Source: Octopus sinensis (taxonomy: Eukaryota). Taken from it: a DNA stretch of 21,671 nucleotides. Location: NCBI RefSeq assembly GCF_006345805.1, contig NW_021823722.1, positions 1 to 21,671 of the forward strand, in the 5' to 3' direction. Shown here one piece after another: positions 1 to 8,902 of this stretch. Every line of letters begins with the position of its first letter. Position 1 is the stretch's first letter. A model generated the notes under the pieces. It searched no databases and was not told the DNA's origin. It saw only the letters and a program-made list of their open reading frames with translations. Position numbers and translations under genes: made by a program.

Positions 1-620
1 TTCTTGATGTCTTCTCTGAAGTCGTGTTCGAAGACTTTCCCTATTTCATCGTATAGTTTGTTCTCCAGGAAACCCATCACCAGGTTGGCATATGAAGGTG
101 CGAATTTTGTACCCATAGCCGTGCCCTTTATCTGTCGGTATGTCCTGTTGTTGAATGAGAATGTATTTTCTTCGAGTATTAATTGGGTGATAAAGTTTGT
201 CTTGAAACGTTCGTCTATAAGTTCTCTGTCTTTTTCTTATGATTGTTTTATTGCTTCTAGACCTAGTGTGTGTGGTATGTTTGTGTATAGATTTGTGACA
301 TCAAAGCTTGCAAGTATGGTGTTTTTCGGGACTGTATTTAGAATGTGTGTGAGGAAGTCTATGTCATCCCTTATGTAGCTTGGTATCTGTGGGCATAAAG
401 GTTTGAGGAGTACATCTATGAAGTGGCTTAGTTGTTGTGTTGGTGCCTGGGGTCCTGCCACTATTGGTCTCATTGTGAGGTCTGCAGGCCTTTGTATTCT
501 TATATAGTGGTTCCTCTGTTCCTTTATGGCTCTCTGTATTTCAGAGCTTTTATAAATTTTAGGTAATCCATAAAAATTGCTCTCTTTGGTTCATGAGTTG
601 CATAGATAGTCTTTCTCCTT
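1..620 (-). pseudogene. Penelope-like element reverse transcriptase fragment (runs off the window start)
   Basis: A single minus-strand frame reads FYGLPKIYKS...MRPIVAGPQAPT...SFDVTNLYTNIP...(TAA at 237-239)...YRQIKGTAMGTKFAPSYANLVMG. These are PLE RT motifs. It has two in-frame stops (TGA near 592, TAA at 237-239). Confidence 0.92.
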
Positions 621-638
621 ATCTATATATATATACAT

Positions 639-669
<31 letters not shown>

Positions 670-730
670 CACATATTCCTATATATATATATATTATATA
701 TATATATATATATAATATATATATGTACAT
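621..730. repeat. (TA)n/(CA)n microsatellite
   Basis: Direct dinucleotide runs. They explain the spurious Y/I/C/V-rich ORF at 623-820. Confidence 0.97.
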
Positions 731-1166
731 ATACTTATGATTTATGCAGTTCATATCTGCATTTACTTTGAATACGTAACCACTTAAAATCTGGGTCTTT
801 CTGATAGCAATACCTTTCATACCCTTGATTTCTTGCTAATTTATGCACTTATCTCAGGTAACACTTATATAATTGACAAACAATTCCTTGGCATTTCTCT
901 TAGGGACACACCTATTCCTTCACAAAAGACTTTCCTTTTACTCCTCCTCACTAAAACTAAGGACCTCATCCGAAGAATGCGATGAAAAGCTTTCTTCCAT
1001 GACAACCAACGCGAAAATGACAATAATACCAACACCTGCAACCTCAAATCATATAAACACCCTCCACGCAACCCCCATCTCAAAAAATTGAAAGCAGATA
1101 TGCTTCATTTGATTTGAAACATTAAATTCTCCAAATATAAATTCCACTTTCAAAAAAAACTTTCAC

Positions 1167-1218
1167 TAGGCACAGGAGTGGTAAGTAACTTGCTTACAAA
1201 CCATATGTTCCAGGTTCA
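1167..1218 (+). mobile_element. Truncated tRNA-derived SINE head
   Basis: TAGGCACAGGAGTGG...TAAGTAACTTGCTTACAAACCATATGTTCCAGGTTCA matches the heads at 5353 (+) and 9314 (-), with a short deletion. Confidence 0.75.
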
Positions 1219-1440
1219 ACATGTACACAACTCCAACGTGGAAACCCTTACATTAGACCACAACCCAACCCATTCTACTACAACCCCTACCACTCTTACA
1301 AATAGTACAATTAACAACAAAAATAGTAACAATAAGAGTAATCGTAATAATAACATTAATAATACTAATAGTTTGGACCTTTCTTACCCACTTCTCTAAC
1401 CTCTCCTCTGATAATATTACCTCCTCCATTCCCGAAAACA

Positions 1441-1873
1441 ATCTCCAAAACGCACCCACTTGTAACTGCCCTCCTGGGGCTATTTGTCCTTTACAAATCC
1501 ATTGTAGAAGATATAACGTAATTTATAAATGCACTGTCCTTAACACATTACACAATTCTATGGCCATATATATAGGATCAACCATAAATTTTAAACAATT
1601 ATATGCTGCTCATCTCAATTCTTTTAGATATGATAAACATTGTAAATCTACAACACCCACCAGTCACATCATCTCAAAAATATAAATATACCTTATACTT
1701 TTCTATATTTAAGAGATGAGGAATTATATGCATTATTTACATTATTTACATTCAATGGATAATTTGTCCTCATCTTGTTTGTTGTTAACACAACATTTTG
1801 GCTAATATAGGAATGGGAACCCAGTTTCAAAATTTCTTCAAGACACCTGAAGATGGCTGGAGGTATTTTTGGA

Positions 1874-1918
<45 letters not shown>

Positions 1919-2405
1919 CATTATTATTATCATTGTTCAGGTTACTGCTTGGAATCAAACTCGAAATCGTGGGGTTAGTAGCCCGTGCTCTTAACCACTA
2001 CGCCATATGCCTGTGGGCCCATAGGCATATGGCATAGTGGTTAAGAACGCGGGCTACTAACCCCAAGATTCCGAGTTCGATTCCTAGCAGTGATCTGAAC
2101 AGTAATAATAATAATAATAATAAAACTATCATCGAAAAATACCTTATGAATGAAAACTCAGGTTTGAAATTTCCCCAAGACACCTGAAGAATGTAAATAA
2201 TGTACCTTATACTTTGTCATGGTCCATAATAGATTTAGGGCTTACTTACCAAGGTCAACACTCAGCCTGTAAGTTTTGCCTGAAGGAGGCACTCCACATA
2301 TTAAAGCACAACTCTTCTACAGTACTAAACAAACATAATGAGGTTCTAAGCACATGCAACCACCGCTTTTTTCATACCTTCAAATTCTACCACAAATCTA
2401 AATGA
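1441..2405 (+). pseudogene. GIY-YIG endonuclease of PLE type, split by the 1702-2204 insertion
   Basis: 1441-1700 reads TCNCPPGAICPLQIHCRRYNVIYKCTV...IYIGSTINFKQLYAAHLNSFRY. It resumes at ~2200 as VPYTLSWSII...SACKFCLKEALHIL...LNKHNEVLSTCNH. The Cys/His pattern matches the ORF at 12624-13376. Confidence 0.9.
1702..2204. mobile_element. Head-to-head dimer of a tRNA-headed, hammerhead-bearing short element, with probable 13-bp TSD
   Basis: The palindrome is centred on GGGCCC (2015-2020). Each arm has an A-box (TGGCATAGTGG, 2030-2040), a B-box (GTTCGATTCC, 2075-2084) and an (AAT)n run. TACCTTATACTTT flanks it at 1689-1701 and 2203-2215. The homologous site in copy 2 (~20240) is empty. Confidence 0.85.
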
Positions 2406-2514
2406 CTAAATAACCACACAGTATATTCCCCCAATACACCTTAGTTAATTCCCCTGCAAACTTAAGAATCTTCATAAAAAAACCTTATTCCTTATCTTTA
2501 GGATCACAATCATT

Positions 2515-2551
2515 TCATTTATATATACATGTATGTATATATATATACATG

Positions 2552-2592
<41 letters not shown>

Positions 2593-2645
2593 TAGATATA
2601 TATATATATATATATAGATATGTATATTATATATATATAGATATG

Positions 2646-2683
<38 letters not shown>

Positions 2684-2684
2684 G

Positions 2685-2715
<31 letters not shown>

Positions 2716-3012
2716 GATATGTGTGTGTGTGTATCCATATATGAACATGCAAACGGATATATGTAAGTATGTATGGGTATATATATGTACACATACGTGT
2801 GTGTGCATGCATGTATATATACACATACATTGAGTATACGCATGTGTGTTTGTATGCATGCTTTTTTATATATACAAAAATGGATACAAACGAGTGTGCA
2901 TGTTTGTGAATGCATGTGAACATACATGAATTTGTATGTGTGTCTGTGTTGAAGTATGTATATGTATATATCCATGTTTGGGTATGTAAGTGTGTATACA
3001 TATTCACACATA
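2515..3012. repeat. Compound (TA)n/(TG)n/(TATG)n microsatellite
   Basis: Direct low-complexity runs. They explain three overlapping spurious ORFs. Confidence 0.95.
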
Positions 3013-3814
3013 CATTTTTTCTTTCTTTTCCTACTAACCTACCATACATGTCTATATAACTTTACACCCTTATATTCTTCATTCCACCTCAATTTTTACT
3101 ATTAAAACCAATACCCACTTACATATCACCTCATTCTTACCTTCTCTCTACCTTTTCTGTACCCATCCCTTAATACAGCTCTATCAAAGCACCCTACTCA
3201 CATGTCTCACACTCTTTTACTCTTTACCCTCTCATCTCTTCCCCTCTCTCTCTCTCTCTCCCTAACCTCTCACTTCCTCTTATCACTTTATTCTGACCAC
3301 TAGCTAACACTCCCCCTCACCTCTTGCTTCCTACTATCACTTTATTCTGGACACTAGCTAACATACTCTCTCTCATTTTGTTCCACCTCTCTTCATTTCT
3401 TTTTTTATTTCACTCTTTTCTGCTTCTCTTTTTCCTCCCATTCTCTGTATCTGTTTTTGATTTGACCTATCTCCTCTTTCTAATCATGCACATCTCCCCT
3501 CCCCCTATCTATCCATAAAACCTAACCAACACATTTTAATTCACACCAAAAGTCCCCTCAATCGACCAACACTGTTCACAAGGCTCTATGCTTGGAATGA
3601 CCAAATATAACCACCATCGGAACTTACACACCAGGTACAAGAAAATTTCTTCACTGAAAAAAATTTTTCACCATTTATATACATTATTCTACTTGAATAA
3701 TGAAACTGCTAATACAATATCCTTATGTATCTCACTTCTATTTTCATTCTCTTATTTCCCTCTGTATTTCATACCTTCTTTACAATAATTAATACTCAAA
3801 CATTTTCTCGCACC

Positions 3815-3862
3815 GTCTCTGATGAAGGAATATATAAAATACCCTGGAAACAGCTGTAAGAC
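3815..3862 (+). ncRNA. Type I hammerhead ribozyme motif (minimal, palindromic stem III)
   Basis: GTCT-CTGATGA-AGG...CCT-G-GAAAC-AGCT-GTA-AGAC. Stem I is GTCT/AGAC, the core CTGATGA and GAAA are intact, stem III is the palindrome ACAGCTGT and the cleavage triplet is GTA. Stem II is imperfect. Confidence 0.8.
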
Positions 3863-3945
3863 CTTTTCTTGATAAATGTTATGAAATCTATTTACTGCCA
3901 TGGTTTTTTTTTTATCCCATTCTGTCTATATACATATATATGTGC

Positions 3946-3981
<36 letters not shown>

Positions 3982-4422
3982 GTAAAAAAATACAAACTGG
4001 GACAAGAACGTAAAACATTTAGAAGACAATACAAAAAACACGCACGGGACATTTGAAGCCTTCGATCTTCAGTCAAGAACCGGATCATCCTCACAATTTC
4101 GGCTGATTAATCTTGAGATTGCTCCGACCTGGCCAGCCCCAAAGGAAAATCTAAGCCAAGCGCATTAGATTCCTTGGAAGAAAGCCTCGAATGTATACAA
4201 AACAAGGACGGAAAAACGGACGATGTTACACGAATAAGAATACAAAAATACGTAAAAACAATAATGATAATAATAATAACAACAATAATAACAAAAACAG
4301 GACGTCACAGACAGGCGTCTTTAGACAGGTCGAATAAACTTTGAGCTAGCATGTTAGAAAAATGCCTATATATATATATATATTTAAAATAAAATCAAAA
4401 ACAGAACACAAAGGATATCGCG

Positions 4423-4523
4423 GCGGTACACGTGTTTCATGCTTTATAAACAACCTGTTCATTACATCAGTGTATAATAGATATAATAGATATAAAAGAT
4501 GGTTTAAAGTTCTCTTCAGCCAC
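4423..4523 (-). ncRNA. Type I hammerhead motif with long stem II insert (left arm)
   Basis: The minus strand reads GTGG-CTGAAGA-GAACTTTA...TAAAGCAT-GAAAC-ACGT-GTA-CCGC. Stem III is the perfect palindrome ACACGTGT. Stem II is weakened. Confidence 0.72.
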
Positions 4524-4896
4524 AGACATAGTTATTCCAAAGAGTTACATCACACTATAAAAAATATGAAAAGTACATGTAGTATTACCCATTATAATAG
4601 GTATATCATATCTCCCTGAGAAAGTGTATTTGTGAAATTTCGTAACTGTATTACTGTATAAAGATTCATTGGATTTTGAAAATCTGCTCATACACCTCTC
4701 TATTTTTTTTCTATTTTTCTCTCTATTCTCTTTTCTTCCTTTTTTTCCTTTTTCTTTCTTTCTATTTTCCTTCCTATATTTACAAGAGCAGTGAACCCAT
4801 TCCAATCTATTTAACATTCATGCTATGTTGATTGGTGATACAGTATGGGCAGATTTTCGAAATCCAATGAATCTTTATACAGTAATACAGTTACGA

Positions 4897-5010
4897 AATT
4901 TTACAAATACACTTTCTCAGGGAGATAAGATATACCTATTATAATGGGTAATGTAATTTCACAAATACACTTTCTCAGGGAGATATGATATACCTATTAT
5001 AATGGGTAAT
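4897..5010 (+). repeat. 58-bp-period tandem duplication in the right arm of the foldback
   Basis: AATTT(T/C)ACAAATACACTTTCTCAGGGAGATA(A/T)GATATACCTATTATAATGGGTAAT starts at 4897 and again at 4955. The left arm has one copy. Confidence 0.93.
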
Positions 5011-5070
5011 ACTACATGTACTTTTCAGATTTTTTATAGTGTGATGTAACTCTTTGGAATAACAGTGTCT

Positions 5071-5175
5071 GCGGCTGAAGAGAGCTTTAAACCATCTTTT
5101 ATATCTATTATTTATATCTATTATACACTGATGTAATGAACAGGTCGTTTATAAAGCTTGAAACACATGTACCGC
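5071..5175 (+). ncRNA. Type I hammerhead motif with long stem II insert (right arm)
   Basis: GCGG-CTGAAGA-GAGCTTTA-(~60 nt)-TAAAGCTT-GAAAC-ACAT-GTA-CCGC. Stem I is GCGG/CCGC, stem II is AGCTTTA/TAAAGCT and the triplet is GTA. Confidence 0.78.
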
Positions 5176-5352
5176 GATATCCTTTGTGTTCTGTTTTTGA
5201 CTTTATTTGATATATTCTCTCTCACCTCTGCCACTATCTGGCATATACAGGTGCTTACACTTATCAAGTATTCACCCTAAATTTACAGTGTATATATATA
5301 TATATATATATATGCATGTATATATATGTATATATATATTTATATATATAAA

Positions 5353-5520
5353 TAGGCACAGGAGTAAGCTGTGTGGTAAGAAGCTTGCTTACCAACCACA
5401 TGGTTCCAGGTTCAATCCTACTATGTGGCATCTTGGGCAAATGTTTTCTACTATAGCCTCGGGTTCACCAAAGCCTTGTGAGTGGATTTGGTAGATGGAA
5501 ACTGAAAGAAGCCTGTCTTA
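5353..5520 (+). mobile_element. tRNA-derived SINE, 5' half
   Basis: A tRNA-like head with B-box-like GGTTCAATCC, then GGCATCTTGGGCAAATG...GAAACTGAAAGAAGCC. Collinear with the reverse complement of 9140-9314. Confidence 0.88.
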
Positions 5521-5919
5521 TATATATATATATATATATATATAGCTGGATCCATTGTAGATATGAAGAATATACACTTAAGGGTTTTTTTATTTTGTTT
5601 TTTTTTTTTGGTTTTTTCAAATGAAGAAAATATTTTCTCTTGACTGTCTCTAATTCTGTGTGTGAGAGTGGTGGGGGGGGAGCTTTTAGTAAATATAATG
5701 GCTGTGTACATTAATATCTGAATGGGCCAATAATTTGGTGCAAATACAACCATACACTTTTATGCATTTAACTTTGAAAAGGGGATGAAAATTGCCTTTA
5801 TTTAATGTATATATTTATTTGGAGAATGTATTTTGTTGATGCATGTGAGGGTGTAAGCACAAGTCCTCATGACTATCCTCTAAAATACATAAGTCTAAGG
5901 ATTATTTTGGAGATGTTAC

Positions 5920-6624
5920 CGAGACCTCTGGAAGTATGCTGTGCGCGAGAAGACCCGGCAGGACAAGTGAGACCATAACCTGTGGCCTTCCACATGGGAT
6001 GGAGCCAGCCTATGTATGCATACCTTCCCTTCTTGGGACACAAAACTCTACTTGTGAAGACCTGTTGAGGCAAGTGAGGATCAGAATCGAAATCGATCAA
6101 TGGAAATTGCAGCTGAGTTACCAGTGCCGGTGGCACGTAAGAGAACCATCCGTTCGTGACCGTTGCCAGCGCCGCCCCGACTGGCCTCGTGCCGGTGGCA
6201 CGTAAAAAGCACCATCCGTTCGTGTCCGTTGCCAGCCTCGCCTGACCCCCATGCCAGTGGCACGTAAAAACAACATCCGATTGTGTCCGTTGCCAGCCTC
6301 GCCTGGCCCCTGTGCCGGTGGCACGTAAAAGCACCATCCGTTCGTGTCTGTTGCCAGCCTCGCATGGCCCCCGTGCCGGTGGCACGTAAAAGCACCATCC
6401 GTTCGTGGCCGTTTGCCAGCTCCGTCTGGCACCTGTGCGGGTGGCACGTAAAAAGCACCCACTACACTCACGGAGTGGTTGGTGTTAGGAAGGGCATCCA
6501 GCCGTAGCAACACTGCCAGATCAGACTGGGCCTGATGCAGCCTTCTGGCTTCACAGACCCCAGTTGAACCGTCCAACCCATGCTAGCATGGAAAGCGGAC
6601 GCTAAATGGTGATGATGATCATGA
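5920..6624 (+). mobile_element. 5'-truncated RTE-type LINE 3' end (last codons, 3' UTR with minisatellite, (GAT)n tail)
   Basis: 5920-5970 reads RDLWKYAVREKTRQDK*, resembling an RTE ORF C-terminus (DRxxWR-type). It ends in AACCCATGCTAGCATGGAAAGCGGACGCTAAATGGTGATGATGAT, a short-tandem-repeat tail of RTE type. The family assignment is from recall. Confidence 0.72.
6124..6460 (+). repeat. GC-rich minisatellite, ~61-65-bp unit, 5 full copies plus a partial
   Basis: Units beginning (G/A)TGC(C/G)(G/A)GTGGCACGTAA start at 6124, 6189, 6251, 6312, 6373 and 6435. Confidence 0.96.
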
Positions 6625-6649
<25 letters not shown>

Positions 6650-6659
<10 letters not shown>

Positions 6660-6850
6660 TTGTGTGTTAGTGTTTGTCTCCCCACCATCACTTGACAACC
6701 AATGTTGGTGTGTATGTCCCCATAACTTTATGGTTCGGCTGAAGAGACTGATAGACTAAGTACTAAGCTTACAAAGAATAAGTCCTGGGGTTGATTTACT
6801 CGACTAAAGGCATTGCTTTAGCATGACTGAAACAAGTAAAACAATAAAAG
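6650..6850 (+). mobile_element. tRNA-derived SINE, 3' half
   Basis: CTTGACAACC...GGTTCGGC...CTTACAAAGAATAAGTCCTGGGG...GACTGAAACAAGTAAAA is collinear with the reverse complement of 8903-9110. Confidence 0.85.
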
Positions 6851-8902
6851 GATATATTTATACATATACATATATACAGAGCTATGCGTAAGTCCATTAA
6901 TCCGTTAATGGATGAAGTTAACGATTTAACTATTAAGTTAACTTTGAGAAATCATTATCAGGCTAATTAACTTCTGTTACAATTAGTTTCTATTAACTCA
7001 AGTCCATTAACTCAAAAGTCTCATAAAAACTGCTAAATGTTTAAAAGTTACCGTTGTTCTCATATTGTTTATGCAATCATTCTTTCAACCTGATATAACA
7101 CCACTTATTATTATAAATAACTTGTAGGACCTCATTAGGTGCTGCCTGGATTTGAAACCAAATCCACCGACTTGTTGCTTGCAAAAACAATGCAAAATTT
7201 CTCTGTCAAGAGGGAACAGTGATTGATGTACTTCCACTTGATCCATGACCTCACTGTGTCACTGTGTCACAGAGAGTTTAAATGGACAGCAAGTGACATA
7301 TATTAGTATAAGCTATGCTTATAATGGTATACCCATCTGTCTAGCTGGAATGTAATTATTATAAATGCCAGCACTCCATAAAGAAGAAATCAGGGAGAAT
7401 CTTGACTGCCACACTGTGACTGATTCTTGACTGCTGCAATGAGGCAGACAACTACAGCAGCCAGAACTGGCTTTTCTTCCAGAAAGCACAGAATTGGGTG
7501 AAAAGCAAAATTAACTGAGGTGGATGTCAACAGAGAAATTAGTGACTTCCATAAAATAGAAAAAATACATGGAAGGAAAAATGTTGATAAATATTTCGGT
7601 GTGAACACAAATAGCTGTTATGTGGTAGCAGGGAAAGCTAGAAATAGCAGCCAATCTTTCCTTTTCTGGAGAAAGGAACCGTTTACGCATGATTTTGATG
7701 TCACATTCATTGAAAGCAGGCAAAATAACCTGGAAAGAAAAAAAGATCCGTGATATAAAACTCCATTGGTGGAAGACTTCAAGGTCCCCATCACCCCTCC
7801 CACCTTCCTTTTCCAGAAAAAGTGGCTTGCAGCAGATTTGGAGGTCTGATACATTGAATGCACCCATAAAAAGTTGTGGAAAAAAATGATTCCACACCGA
7901 AGTACAAAATATTTGCCGAAAGAATAAAATTTTGTACTGACTATACTTGTATTTTAATTAATTCAAATTGATGCACTCCATCTTGAAAAGTGGCAAAATT
8001 TTTGTTGGTTGCCATCTGGGATAATTTTAGTAACAAATCAAACAGGTAAGATGCATTAAGAATTTCAATTTTACTTTCTATCCATAATGTTATTGCTTTT
8101 ACACCATAAAAGTCAAGTTTACTCAGCAAGATCAGTTAAAATTACATAACTATAAACCAGTGGTATATAAAGCACCCACGACAAAATTTCAAATCTCTAT
8201 GTAAAAAGTTACAAGCAAATATTGTGGACATCCCTCTTGAACTTGAATAATTCAATTTAACGTGAACAAATAAGCATTCCATTTGACAGATTAATATGAA
8301 CGCTAAAGATGGTTTTAGGTGTTTTTTCTTAAACACACACACGCGCACACACACACACACACATAATGCTGTCTCGCTCGGTTGGAACTACATCTGTGTT
8401 ACTTTGACATCATTGTTCTATAAAGTTTGTTTATGGGGAGAAAAATAAAAAAAAATAGTAATAGATGTGTGAGTGAGAAAGAAACGAGTTAGGAGGGAGG
8501 TTTTGGGATGTGCAAGAAACAACGGCCAGATCTCCCTTAAACCACACATTTTGCTCTGAAATCATTAACTTTTTTAAAACTGAAAATGAGTTTTAAGTGT
8601 GTAGTGAAAAGAAGAAAACGGCCAAAATCGTTTCAGACTAGGGTGGTGAGGGGATGATGAGAGTGAAAACAAAAAAAATTTCAAAGTGTTTTCCTTTCTT
8701 TTTCATGAAAAGATGGCTCCCATTATTCTGAAGATTTTGGTGAAAAACATTGGAAAAAATTCCTGTCAGAATGCAGAAATTGCAACTTATGTGGACCATC
8801 TGATCTGGAACTCCTTTTCACAGAAACTCCCCCCCCCGCCCCCTTCCAAACATTTTCCCTACTAATGTCTTTGTAATCGTAATCTACACTGTTTGAAGGG
8901 CA

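Larger units (their letters stand above)
875..3930 (+). mobile_element. RT-less Penelope-like derivative, copy 1 (N-terminal PLE region + Asn/Thr-rich linker + GIY-YIG + pyrimidine-rich 3' region + hammerhead), interrupted by insertions
   Basis: 875-1165 translates as DTPIPSQKTFLLLLLTKTKDLIRRMR*KAFF...NIKFSKYKFHFQKKL, resembling the PLE N-terminal NIPIPS...IxRMRWKAxFF region. It is followed by a GIY-YIG. The stretch ~1240-3930 is collinear with the reverse complement of 18585-20700. Confidence 0.75.
4387..5208. repeat. Long inverted repeat (arms 4387-4693 and 4843-5208, 149-bp spacer), probably an inverted PLE pseudo-LTR pair
   Basis: The arms are reverse complements with scattered substitutions (e.g. 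GGATATCGCGGCGGTACACGTGTTTCATGCTTTATAAAC vs GTTTATAAAGCTTGAAACACATGTACCGCGATATCC). Each arm carries a hammerhead motif. Confidence 0.93.

Noticed and set aside
980-985. In-frame TGA in PLE frames as selenocysteine
   Set aside because: The TGA in RMR*KA falls at a conserved Trp position (TGG to TGA), the frames also contain TAA stops and frameshifts, and no SECIS was identified.
2024-2095. Possible tRNA gene
   Set aside because: A and B boxes are present but there is no convincing acceptor stem, and it runs into an (AAT)n SINE-like body, so it is a SINE head.
1798-2183. Poly-Leu ORFs resembling signal or membrane peptides
   Set aside because: They come from (ATT)n runs in the two mirror arms of the 1702-2204 insertion.
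623-3049. Y/I/H/C/V-rich ORFs (623-820, 2472-3049; likewise 13759-14034, 14426-15089, 19633-19921, 21113-21576)
   Set aside because: They are translations of TA/CA/TG microsatellites, not genes.
4030-4135. Possible hammerhead on the minus strand (CTGAAGA near 4067-4073, GAAA upstream)
   Set aside because: I could not build stems I-III with a valid cleavage triplet.
6124-6460. CRISPR-like array or repeat-protein ORFs (5873-6576)
   Set aside because: The units are contiguous degenerate repeats with no unique spacers, the context is eukaryotic with no cas genes, and the ORFs are GC-rich read-through on both strands.
6886-6930. CAGAGCTATGCGTAAG... as a DNA-transposon TIR
   Set aside because: No matching inverted partner or TSD was found in the window.
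7941-8129. LSKLDFYGVK...WIES as a LINE RT fragment
   Set aside because: Only ~15 residues resemble the motif and the flanks do not continue into RT motifs.
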